A program made the translations under genes and the position numbers. The notes under the pieces were generated by a model that was not told the origin of the DNA, did not search any database, and saw nothing but the letters and a program-made list of their open reading frames with translations. Below, in pieces: positions 12,698 through 23,109 of a stretch of 64,000 nucleotides of DNA. The stretch comes from Lama glama (lineage: Eukaryota). The stretch lies in the NCBI GenBank assembly GCA_028534125.1, contig CM052846.1, positions 1,116,001-1,180,000 on the forward strand, in the 5' to 3' direction. The stretch's first letter is position 1, and every line of letters starts with the position of its first letter.

Positions 12698-12850
12698 GGG
12701 AGTTTAGCGTGAGTGTTAAGAGCGCGAACTTGGAAACCAGACAGCCTGGGTTTCAGTCCTAAATCTGTCATTTGACGACTGGGTGACCGTCAGCAAGTTG
12801 CTGGCTCTCAGTGTCCTCACTTCTGAGCTAGGATAATCCCAGGGTCTGTC
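12698..12850 (+). mobile_element. MIR SINE nested in L2
   Basis: tagcgtgagtgttaagagcgcgaacttggaaaccagacagcctgggtttcagtcct...ctgggtgaccgtcagcaagtt...tcagtgtcctca. Confidence 0.75.
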
Positions 12851-13440
12851 ATCAAGCGCGAGCCGCTCCTCCTGCTGCTCGCATTGCCGAGCCGCCCTCC
12901 GAGCGCCCAGTGGACGTTTAAACGTGCTCAGGTCTGAACAGGATGCCGGGCTTCTGTGGACCCCTACTCTCCTCTTCTGGGTCACTCTGCCTCCGGGAAT
13001 GACACGGCTGCCCATCTGGTCATGGCACGTATATAACCCTGGGCGCCTTCCTCACTCATTTACCTTCCTTCCTCCAAGTAGCCCCTTAACAGAAGCCCTG
13101 GTGTCGCTGCCTCTGGACTGCACCCTAAGTCCATCTGTGTTTCCATCACTCAAGCTGCCGCCTTCACCCTAGCGGCCGGCGTCTCCTGCCTAAGCTGTGA
13201 AAGTGCCCTCTGCTCTGGTCCCTGTGTCCTCACTTTGGCATCCCTTCCTGGATAATGCATTCTCGATACAGTAGAGTTATCTTCTTAAAAACATACATCA
13301 CATTACACCTCGTACCTGTTCAAAATCCTGGAATGCCATCTGATTTAGCACTTAGCACAAAATCCAAACATCGCCTCTATATTTGCATCGTTAACTACAT
13401 CACCTGGTAACCATTGCCCCACCACAAACACATGTACCTT

Positions 13441-13457
13441 ACACACACACACACACA
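13441..13457. repeat. (AC)n microsatellite
   Basis: acacacacacacacaca. Confidence 0.85.
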
Positions 13458-14925
13458 ACCCCACCCTGCCCTTTGCTCACTCTGCTGTAGTCTTGCAGCC
13501 TTCTCCCTGGTCTCTGTCATCCTCATCCCCAGACCAGGGCCTTTGCACGTGCTGTTGCTTCTGCCCGCGGTGTTCTTCCCCTGCGTCTGTACACGCTTAA
13601 CCCCTTGTTGGTGTTCAGCGTCAGCCTCTCTCATCTTCTGACCTAAGGTAGAATCTAGTCATTCTCTAATACATCATCTTGTTCCATTTCCAGCATCATA
13701 TATTTCATGTTCCTACATTTTTTCTTGGCATTTCCTCTTTATTTTGTTTCTAACTCCCCCTTCTAGGCTATGTAACCCATAACAACATGCATCTTACGTC
13801 CCTGATTGACTGACGTACCCCTGGCCCTTAAACCAGAGCTCAGAACGGAGAGGTGCTCCATATCAGTTTGTTCAAAGAAGAAATGCCGGTGAAACCAGTG
13901 CAGCCGTCTGGGAATGTCCCCAGAGTTCCGACTTGCTATCTGGTTTCGGCAGTGACTGCGTTCAATAAGATAAAGAAGACAAGTTAATTGGAGGGGAAGT
14001 AGTGAGTGTAATTTTAGATATCTTGAGTTTGGGGTGGCGTGGGGTGTCTGGACGTGATTGGCTCAGTGTGCAATCAGACCCCTGGCTCTGGAGGGCTGGA
14101 GAGCTCTGGGAGGTACATATAGTTTCGAGATCCATTTGCATTTACCGTATATGATCTAATTCAATGTGAGACTCCCCCCAGAATTAGTCCCCAGGGAAAG
14201 GAAGAGCTGTTTTACCTGAGAGCCCTTGCCGGGCCTTCCACAACCCGAAGTGCTCTCTTAATTACTTATTTAGAGCAGCGGAGCCGTGTTTGGGAGACAC
14301 GTTAACCTAGGACACCCCAACCACTGCCGCTCTGGGACACTTAGGAGGCTGTCTGAGAGAGTCAATTAAAAAAAAAAACAGTCGAAGATTTTTAACACTT
14401 ATTTAAATCATTTTTTGTAGCTATGACCTGACAAATACAAAGGTTAGGTATTATTCAGAACATATTTTTATAAATCATTTTCAAAAGCAGCATAGTAAGT
14501 GGAAATCACATGCGTATACAACTGTACAAAAGGCACAACCACCAGCATTCTCTGCAAACTGGTGCTAGACACTCAGGGCTTCTTTCCCACTTATGGCCTC
14601 ATGAGATGACTCCAGAGGTCGGTGTGTGCTCTAGGCCTACCGCTGGGATGAAGGCCTGTGCCTCAGAAAGCTGTGTGGGACGAGCCATTACTCCCTCCGG
14701 GAAATGGAAGAGCCTGCTGGCGTGACGCCCGCGGAGGGCTGAACTGACCACGGGGATGGGGGGATGGGGGGATGGGGGGTGGCGGGGGTGGGGAGCAACA
14801 ATCCTAGATGAGCAGGTCGGTTCAGTTGTATGGACTTTAGAACATGTACGTTTATCTAGGCGAAAGGATTCAATATGATATGTAAACATTCAGTGATTTC
14901 ATCTACCTTCCGAAAATGTTTCCAG

Positions 14926-14990
14926 TTCTTTTTCTTTTTTAAACATTTTTTTATTGAGTTATAGTCATTTTGCAATGTTGCGTCAAATTC
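14926..14990 (-). mobile_element. Very short 5'-truncated LINE-1 3' terminus with poly(A) tail
   Basis: T-tract followed by aacattttttttattgagttatagtcattttgcaatgttgcgtcaaattc, the typical antisense 3' end of laurasiatherian L1s. Confidence 0.6.
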
Positions 14991-15567
14991 GTTTTGAGTC
15001 TCCTCTTTGAGGGGGATCGGGGGGATCGACGGGCAGGGTCGGTTGCCTTATTCTGAGCTGCAGAGCTGGTGGTAGTTGAAGCCCCGAGGGAGTTTCACGG
15101 GGCAGGAAGGCAAGCGGGATGAGGACAGGGTGGGTCAGGACACTGAGAGGCCGGTGGGGGAAGGCGTCTGTGTAGAAGGCAGGCAGGAGTGCGAATTTTA
15201 GGGAGGAGGAGAACCAGGGAAGAGCCATGCGGTTGAACCCAAGAGAAGAGATCATGTCAAAGATGAGGGATTTTAACAGTAATAGTAGCAATGTGGATTG
15301 ATCCATGGTGTCCCCGACCTTGACCTTCCCACTGAGAGGTCAAGTGAAGGCAAGGCTGAAAAGAGTCTTGCATTTATCTTGTAAACCACTGGTCACCGCG
15401 GCCAGGGCAGTTTAAACGGGGTGATAGAGTCAGAAGCCTGTTGCAAAGGTGTGAGGAAGAGAAAAGCGGAAAGTGTAGACAGAACATGTGGGGTTTTTAC
15501 AACTAGTTTGTCAGGGAAGGAGTGGTAGGTACCGTGGCTAAAGGGGGATTTACGGTTTAAGGAAGTG

Positions 15568-15695
15568 TTTTTGTTTTTTTAAGGGGAGGTCACTAGGTTT
15601 TGTTTCTTGTTTTTTAATGGAGGGACTGGGGATTGAACCCAGGACCTCGTGCGTGCTGAGCCCGCGCTCTACCGCTGAGCTACACCCTCCCCTCT
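15568..15695 (-). mobile_element. tRNA-Ala-derived SINE, Vic-1 (camelid) type
   Basis: Reverse strand reads GGGGAGGGTGTAGCTCAGCGGTAGAGCG...GAGGTCCTGGGTTCAATCCCCAGTCCCTCCATTAAAAAA...AAACCTAGTGACCTCCCC plus A-tail. Pol III A and B boxes present; degenerate TSD-like flanks aggaagtgttttt / aggagttgttttt. Confidence 0.88.
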
Positions 15696-17699
15696 GCACA
15701 GGAGTTGTTTTTAATGAGAGGAAAGTATTGGGCATCTCTGTGGGCGGAAGACAAAGAGCCAGAGGAGACAGAACATTCTGGAGACCGGAGACGGCTGATG
15801 GGACGAGCCAGGTCCCAGCAGAGGGCGTTCGCGGCGAAGTCAGAGGCCAGCTGGGAGGTTAGTCTTGTCCGCATGGAGGAGCACTCCTTCCTTTGGACGA
15901 AGAGGTAATGAGATGAGGTACAAACACCAGTTTACGAGCACGGAGGCCACCGAGTAAAGGGATGTCAGTGTTCTGACCTCGGCACGCACCTGGATGCCAA
16001 GTACCTGGTTCTGTAGTTGTCACACTCCTGCCGTTAGAAGCAGGTTGACCAGTGGGTGGGAGAGTCTGCACTTTGAGTTTTGAATCCTTGACGCCCATCC
16101 AGTTGCGCAGAGCCCTGTTAATAAGGTTTGAGAGAGGCTGTGATCTCCACGGTCTTGCAGCCCTTGGCTGCCTTTCCACCTGACCCAGAAACCCCTTTCT
16201 CGCAGGGCTGCCTTGGGAGAGGGAGGAGAAAGCTCGTTTCCCGCTCAGCATTCTCCAGCGAGCGCACTCTCCACGGCTCTCTGGGCTTCTGACGTGAGAG
16301 CGTTAAGCTGCGTCTCCAAGCCCCCTTCCAGCGCCGACACTCTGTGTGACTGTGAGCGTTAACACACGCCATGCCTTGAATATGGAAACAAGACGGGACC
16401 CAGTTAAGGGTCGCGATGAGCCGTGCAGACACTTTGTGCTGTGAGCAAGTCTTTGTAAGTTGACTAATGTGGCATTGTTCTCAAGGAAAAGAAAACTTCA
16501 GCATTCTCTTCCCAGAGTTACCCTGAGCCCGGTGAGGGCGGGGGAGTGTGAGGGGGGAGGTTTGGAAAAGGCCCAGAGCAGCTCTCAGGTGATGGGAACT
16601 CTCACTGCCCTTTGAGTTCCTGGGGAGGCCAGAGGAAAGTCAGAGAGGCCCTGCTGGCTGGGACCCGCCCGCCCTCAAGCTGAGGCCCGGGCTCCGCCTG
16701 CGGAGCAGTGAGCCTTCAGGCCAGGGGACGGTCTGTTATCAGCGCCCGGCAGGCGGGGAAGTAATCTCCCACGGCTCGCGGCCCTGGGCGCTGTATCTCA
16801 GGCCAGGTAATGAGTCCTCTTTAAACTGCACCAGCTGGATTTTATTATCCTCCAGTTTTACACCCCTCAGCCTGGAACGGCCTTATCTTTCCCTCTTTTT
16901 GTTGTTCTTTGGAGCCACCTCCGCCTCCACAAAGGGAAAGATAGTAGTGACCTTTCTCTTTTCCTTGCTTTTTTTCAAACTCGAAGACACAGCATTATAA
17001 TGAGCCTCTATAAAAACACACGTAGGGGCACGCATCATTAAAATGACCAGCCTCGCTTCCTCTGTGCAGCACCAGGCCCAGAACAGCCCGGTGCGCGCCT
17101 GCTGCATGTTGACAGTGCAGACTCGAGGTGCCAGCCCTGTGCCCGATCGGGGTCGTGCCCTCTGAGCGGGGGAAGGCCAGCCCCAGGGACGCGCTGCTGG
17201 AGGCACTTGCTGCGCTAGCTCAGGGACACCTAGTACCACGAGGTCCCGGCTGCCAAGGCCAGCCGTCTCCACGTTGCTGCCTCGGTTCAAGCCGTGAACT
17301 CGCCGTTTCAGTTTATCCCGTTTAAAAGCCACGTGTTGTTCCGACAGGCGCTGAGCAGGCTGGACGGGGTCTCGCGCTCCCACACCCGGGGTTTCTGCCC
17401 TGCCGCTGTGTGCCGCCTGTGAAGACGCTGCACGCGTGGGGGCAGGAGGCCCTCGGAGGGGAGGGAAGTTGGCGTCCTTGAGGTGATGAGACCTTCTCTC
17501 TCTGGACGAGCGTGCGTGGGTGGGGGCCAAGCCGAAATTATTCCTAACTCACGAGAAAGAAAAGGACAGAAACGTGAAGCAGGGGGCGGATATGTGAAAT
17601 TAGTCTACAGTCAGTCTTATTTTTTCATTATTAAAGATGTGTACAGGTCAGTGGCAAAAAACAGAGTTTGGTTTTATTAAATGAAGTGTTTGAAGAGTT

Positions 17700-18765
17700 C
17701 AAAAGGACTTCCAAAAGGAGTTAAACGTGAAAATGAAAAAGCATGAAACAACGCATAAGATGTTTCTATGACCTTGAGTTTGGGAACAACTTCTTAAAGC
17801 AAGATTCACGGTACAGAAGTTGTAAAGGACACGGCTGGCAGATCTGGCGACGTCCGAACGTATTACGGTGAAAGATAGACTCATAAATGAAATTAGACGA
17901 TAAAAAGCAACCTTGGAGAAAATATGCTCAGTATCTATAAGAAAAAAAGGAACCAAACACAGACTATGCATAGGTTTCTTATCAATCTAATGAAAGAAAA
18001 AAAAAAAGACAAACCAATAGAAAAACATTGAGTGAATAAACAGGACAAATATTGTAGGACAATGGAAATGGAGAATAAATGCTAAAAGGATTGTTTGTTT
18101 CACAGAAATCAACTCATTGCAAATTATGACACAGTATTTTAAAGCTATGGGATCGGTAAAATGTGAAATAAATAACATTTGATTCTGGTGTGGACCCAGA
18201 GAAGAACCGCAAGTAGGTGAGGGGGAAGGCTGGTAAGCCCAGTGTGAACCAGTGTGGCAATGCAGATCAAACTTTAACTGAGAATTTCTAAGAATCTCTT
18301 CTAAATAAATTCTTGTTGTCTGACCATGTAGAGGTGGGGGGGATGATCCTGGTCACATAGTTAATTGAGAAAAAATTGAAATCACTGAAATTCCCATTAA
18401 GAGGGGAGCATTTAAATAAAATCTGGTGAATCTTTTTCTGCAGCCAATAAAAATAATAAGGAAGGGGCCTCCAGGCATGGAAAGGCATGTCGTGAAAAAG
18501 TCGCAGAGCGATATGTACATTGTTATCCCGTTTACATAAAAAGTGGTCGGTGTGTGCGCACATACCTCTACATGTGTGACTGCACCAAGAAGGTAACGTT
18601 AGGATGAATGCCAAGTTGTGGACCGCGTTTGCCTCTGGGGAAGGGAGCGGGGAGAGGGCAGCCGTGGGCGGGGACGACTTTCACGTTTTATCAACACAGC
18701 TCTCCATGGTTTTACCAATGAGTCTGCTCATTCATTAATTGTATAAGAGGAAAGAAAGAAAAAAA
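17700..18765 (+). mobile_element. Ancient LINE-1 (L1ME-like) ORF2 end and 3'UTR
   Basis: A-rich sense strand; atgaccttgagtttgggaacaacttcttaaagcaaga, aaaagacaaaccaatagaaaaa, aaattgaaatcactgaaattcccattaagagggga...ttaaataaaatctgg, and gtttgcctctggggaaggga. Confidence 0.7.
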
Positions 18766-18969
18766 TGCAGATCCCTGCCATATGGTTGATTGATTATTAA
18801 TGAAGGGGTTTGCTCTGTATGGAGTTAAATTTCAAAACTCCGAGAAGCATCAATTCTTTTCTTTAATATTCTCATATTAAAGTTAGGAAAGGCAAGGGCC
18901 ATCAAAACAGGAAATAACTAATGAAAATAGAGATATTTGATTAATTTTAATTATGGAAAATCTGTTTGC

Positions 18970-19330
18970 TCCTTCATTCATTTAACCAGTCAGGGCAGAG
19001 CAGCATTCTGAGCACCAGAGACGCAAAGAAGAGGAAAGCCAAGGGCCTGCCCCCGTGGAGCAGCGACTCCAGGGGCCGGGCGGGGGCCGTGGGGGCGGGC
19101 GGCGGGCGGCAGAGGCAGAAACAACAGGAATCTAACGTCAGGTGGTGTGGAGCCTCTGACAAAATCAGGGCAAGGTGAGCAGGCTGGGGGCCCAGTGGTG
19201 GGGGGCATTTGTGTCTCTGTGAGCCGTCATCAGCCAGGGTCAACCTCCTGCAAGAAGAAATGTCCAGACAAAGGGCAGGAGGTGCAGAGGCCTTGGAAGC
19301 GAACCTTCTGGATGCGTTGGAGATTCAGGG
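18970..19330 (-). mobile_element. LINE-2 3' tail (antisense)
   Basis: ttcattcatttaac...agcattctgagcaccagagacgcaaagaaga...cctgcccccgtggagcagcgactccagg. Confidence 0.55.
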
Positions 19331-19357
19331 TGGGAAAGAGGGTTAGGAGTTCAGGGA

Positions 19358-19550
19358 AATGAGCGCTCCCTCTCATTCTGCGCTAAGTGATTTACATCAA
19401 TTATGTAAGTTATCTAGTCTTCCAAACTCCAGGGAGCTGATGATAATATTTCCATGTTCAGGATCGAGAAACTGGGATTCAAAGCGGTTAAGAAACTTGC
19501 CCAAGGCTACTTGGCCATCAGTGGCCAGACTAGACTTGAGCCCGGGTCTC
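19358..19550 (-). mobile_element. MIR SINE
   Basis: gctaagtgatttacat...tttccatgttcaggatcgagaaactgggattcaaagcggttaagaaacttgcccaaggctac...gacttgagcccgggtct. Confidence 0.75.
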
Positions 19551-19577
19551 TGAGTTTGGGAAATACACACAGTTCTA

Positions 19578-20095
19578 GAGCAGCAGGACCCAAACCCGTC
19601 TGCATTTCAGAAACTGTGGGTTCAGAGTCAGTGGGAGACGGGCCCAGGAGTCTGTGTTTTTAGAAGTTTGCTTAAGTGATACAGGTGACTGATCAGCCAA
19701 GTTTAGGATCTAAGTGTCCAGCCTGAGCCCGGTCCTCGGCCACTGGGGAAGTGGGTATCCTCAGTGGCTGAACAGCCCAGGAGCTGGTCCACAGGCTGGC
19801 AGAGCAGACCCTGACCCGGACCCCCTGACTCTCAAAGTTTCTGAGGCTTTGAAGTGCAGTGGAGCAGGGCTTCTCCAAGGGGACGAGGCCTGAGGGCCAC
19901 CCGGGGTCTCGGGAAACCACAGGTGCCGATCAGGACACCTGGGCGGGGGGGCCTCCAGGGTTTCGCTGCCTAACGGTGCCCGTTCTGCTGGTCAGGGACC
20001 CCACTCTCGGAGTGAGAACTGAGTTTCCTAGGGCGTTTGTCAGAGCTGCCTGGGTCTCAGCCCCACACTTAGAGGTTAGAACTGAGTGTTCTCAC
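19578..20095. mobile_element. Cluster of MER5-like hAT MITE fragments
   Basis: ttcagagtcagtgggagacgggcccaggagtctgtgtttttagaagttt...caggtga, and gctggtcagggaccccactctc...gagaactgag with a second similar terminus at ~20061-20092. Confidence 0.5.
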
Positions 20096-21695
20096 GTGAC
20101 TGGTCAGTGGTCAGTGACCAGTGACCGTGAGACACTGTTTTTGTGCCGGTGATAGTGCCCACGGGGAAAGAAACCACAATGGGAAGGGACGTGAAGGAAC
20201 TGCGGTGGGCTGGAGATGTAATGAAATCCCCGTGGTGTGACTTCCCGATGATATTTACACAGACGCTACGAGGGGGTAGTCGAGGCAACTTCTGCAGGTA
20301 ACTCGAGTCCAGTGTCCCCAAGTGCTGGCTTCACTGATCTGCATGAGTGGCTATTTTGCAACCTGATTACGCCAGATAATTGGTGTGGGGGAAGCTCTTC
20401 AATCACTTGTTAGCTCATCCCACCGGACAGACATTGCAGAAGCCAGTAGAAGAGGACCCAAGAGCCGGTCTTGTTGGAACTGTGGGCCCTCTTTGCGGGA
20501 TGGCTGGAAATTTTGCCGTCTTTGCTACCCCAGTCCCTCCTGCTGTGTGACCTTCAGGGACAATTTCCAGCTGCAGATCTGAGCACGGCTCTCCAGCAAA
20601 ACCTAGTCATCCAGGCTTGGTCACCAGCCACCCTCTCTCCATGGAAACGCACTTCCCTGCCGTGAATTAAGTGTTTGCCTAAGAGGTGGGTCTGGCCGAT
20701 TAAACATACTGTCTTGATTGTCAGACGCTGGTTCTGCCTTCCCTTCCGGAGAGGTCGGGATGCAGTGTGATTGAATCTGTGTCCTCCTGCATCTCATGGA
20801 AAAGGAATCTGCTCTCGGGGCCCCTAACAGGGAGGCTCTGGCCAGGACACGAACCCAGCTGCATCATTTAGACGTTATAAATCACCGTCTCTCCTTCAGG
20901 GCCTCCAGCTGCCAGCTCAGAATGACTGATGCGCAGGATCATATTCAAGTCCCTGAACACCCAGCTTCCCACGCTCTCCCGGGCAGGGCTCCAGCGCTTA
21001 GAGATCCTGAGGTTTTTAATTTCACAGGCGCTGTGAGAGAGGCCGGCACAGCCTCAGGACGGGGGTGTGGGAGGGGCAGGGGCTTGGGACCCGAGACCCA
21101 ACCCACACTCCGTTCCCCGCTGGTTCACCCGGCACCCCCGGACGTCCTGAGTCTCGGCCAGCCTGACGGCCCATCTGTGAAGTGGGCTGAGTGATCCCAC
21201 CTCATTTCACGGCCGGTTATTTAGTTACCGAGACGCGTTGTTTAGCCATCTTCGGGAATAAGCCAGGCCACACAAGGGGACACCCAAGTAAACCCCAAAG
21301 CAATTTTTAAATTTTAGACATTGTTCTGGATGTATTTCCAAGGGACTCTGTTAAGGAGAAACCTTTCCTTTCCTTGGCTTCTTAAAGATAGCATGTCTGA
21401 GATGTTTTAATGACTCAAGGTCTTCACTGTGAACAACATTATTGAGCAGGGCTGAGCTCGGTGGCACTCTCCGGAGGTGCTGAAGTGCCTGGCTATTTGC
21501 CCCTGAAAAGACAGCCCCCAGATGCCACGCTGCTGAGTCCAGGTGTCTGCTTTTTATAGTATTTTCTTATCCCCCTTGCTGTCAGGATGCTGGTCATCAA
21601 TTTTTGCTGCTGGAATTTCGTTTATCTTCAGTCAACACACATCTTCCTCCTGCATTCCGTGCACTGTCTACTTCATCACATCTCGGTTTCCATGA

Positions 21696-23109
21696 TAGCA
21701 ATTTTTTTCAAAGTGTGATTCATTGACCCTGTGATCCACTGAGTGAGTCCCCAAGAGCCTCCAGGGGTTTTGTGAAGTCAGAACTGTTCTCATAGCATTG
21801 CTAAGACATGGCCTGCTTTTCCCCTATGTGTTGGCATTTGTCCTGATGGTCCAAGGCGAGGGTGGGTGTACATGCTGCTCTCAGCACGAATCAGGGAGGC
21901 ATCGTCCAGGCTGCCAGGCTGCCTTGTCTTCCTCACCACTACACACGCACATTTAAAAAAATTAACATAAAGGAATAGAAAGCCAGTTTCATGCAGGAAT
22001 GCCCTTGTTGAGGCAGCAGCATTTAATTTTATTGCATCTCAACACTTGAATACACGACTTTTCAATGCCCAGTGAAAGGAAACAGAGGTACGAATAAAGC
22101 ACAAAATAAAGCACTTCCTCCAGGAGAAGTCGCTGTCAGATGGTCTGAGTTGCGAGCGGAAGTAGCCCCTCCTTTTTTCAGAAAACGGAGTTTTTACTTG
22201 AAAGAACCGTTGGCAGGCACACTGTGGTTACCCAGACTTGGTCATCCAGCTGTCATTTTCTTGAAAATGAATAATCATACAAGCCTGTCACTCGGAGGGA
22301 AAAAGAAAAAAGCTGATAGTACTTATTACCAAAAATAGAATTTGAACTTTCCCAAATTTGGGGAAAGCGGAAAAAAAAGTCACTATCGTGACCTTAGTAG
22401 AGTCGCAATGCCTAAGACTTTTCTGATGAGTCTGGCGGTGATGTTAACAGATTATTTTAATGAAGTATGTCATCGACACAAATCAGTGAATGCAGATTTT
22501 CTAAATAATCACGACGTGATGTTCCAAAATGACGCGTGGATGGAAGAGCCATTCAGAGGGAAAGAGAGGCCACTGGGTTTTGAAGTAAAAGAATACAAAA
22601 TGCTCACTTATCAGTGTGGTTTCAGATTCCGCATTGAAATGAAGCTTTCAGAAATTACCACTTGTTACATGTTGCTGTGGATCAGAGAGAAATGTTTGCA
22701 ATTATCTGAAAAGGCGACTCCAATACTTTCTTTTGTGACTATGTCTCTGTGCGGAGCTACCCTTTTCCCACGTCCTTCAACCACGGCAACCTATTACGAT
22801 GGGTTGCAGAAGCAGCTACGGGAACCTAAGCGTGTTCTGTTTAGACCTTAAGGGTACTTGCCAACACGTGAAAACTCTTCTCACCAACGTTTACTTAGGA
22901 AAACAGCTGTTTTCCGTAGAAATGTGTTACTTATGTTCACATGTAACGAGTTTGTAATGATTACTTTAAGGAAATCATTAAACATTGTCTTTTTCGGTTC
23001 AGTTTCTAGTACGGTAAATGCTGGTAGTCGTAGTCCACTAAAGCAAGGTCTTGCGGCCCTGGGAATTAAGGGGCGGCGAGTCCTGAGACCTGGAAGTGTG
23101 AGGACGCCG
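21696..23109 (+). mobile_element. hAT DNA transposon fossil, Charlie1a-like, near full length (~1.4 kb), with decayed transposase
   Basis: Both termini recognisable (ttcaaagtgtg... and ...gtcctgagacc-tggaagtgtgaggacgccg). ORFs 22072-22338 and 22342-22851 retain hAT/Buster-like peptides (ELRAEV..FYLKE..LW..RLG...IFLKMN; QLSEKATPILSFVTMSLC, resembling the C-terminal dimerisation domain). Confidence 0.85.

Larger units (their letters stand above)
12340..13885 (+). mobile_element. LINE-2 3' portion (~1.5 kb), interrupted by a MIR
   Basis: L2 motifs accatcaccttcttcctgaa, gatgattcccagattcac, agagttatcttcttaaaa...cacttagcacaaaatccaaac, cagggcctttgcacgtgctgtt, and terminal ggtgctccatatcagtttgttcaaagaagaaatg. 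Confidence 0.7.

Noticed and set aside
15617-15692. Functional tRNA-Ala(AGC) gene
   Set aside because: Anticodon stem is mismatched and the invariant U33 is replaced by C. It is followed by a SINE-specific tail and poly(A) with TSD-like flanks, so it is a SINE.
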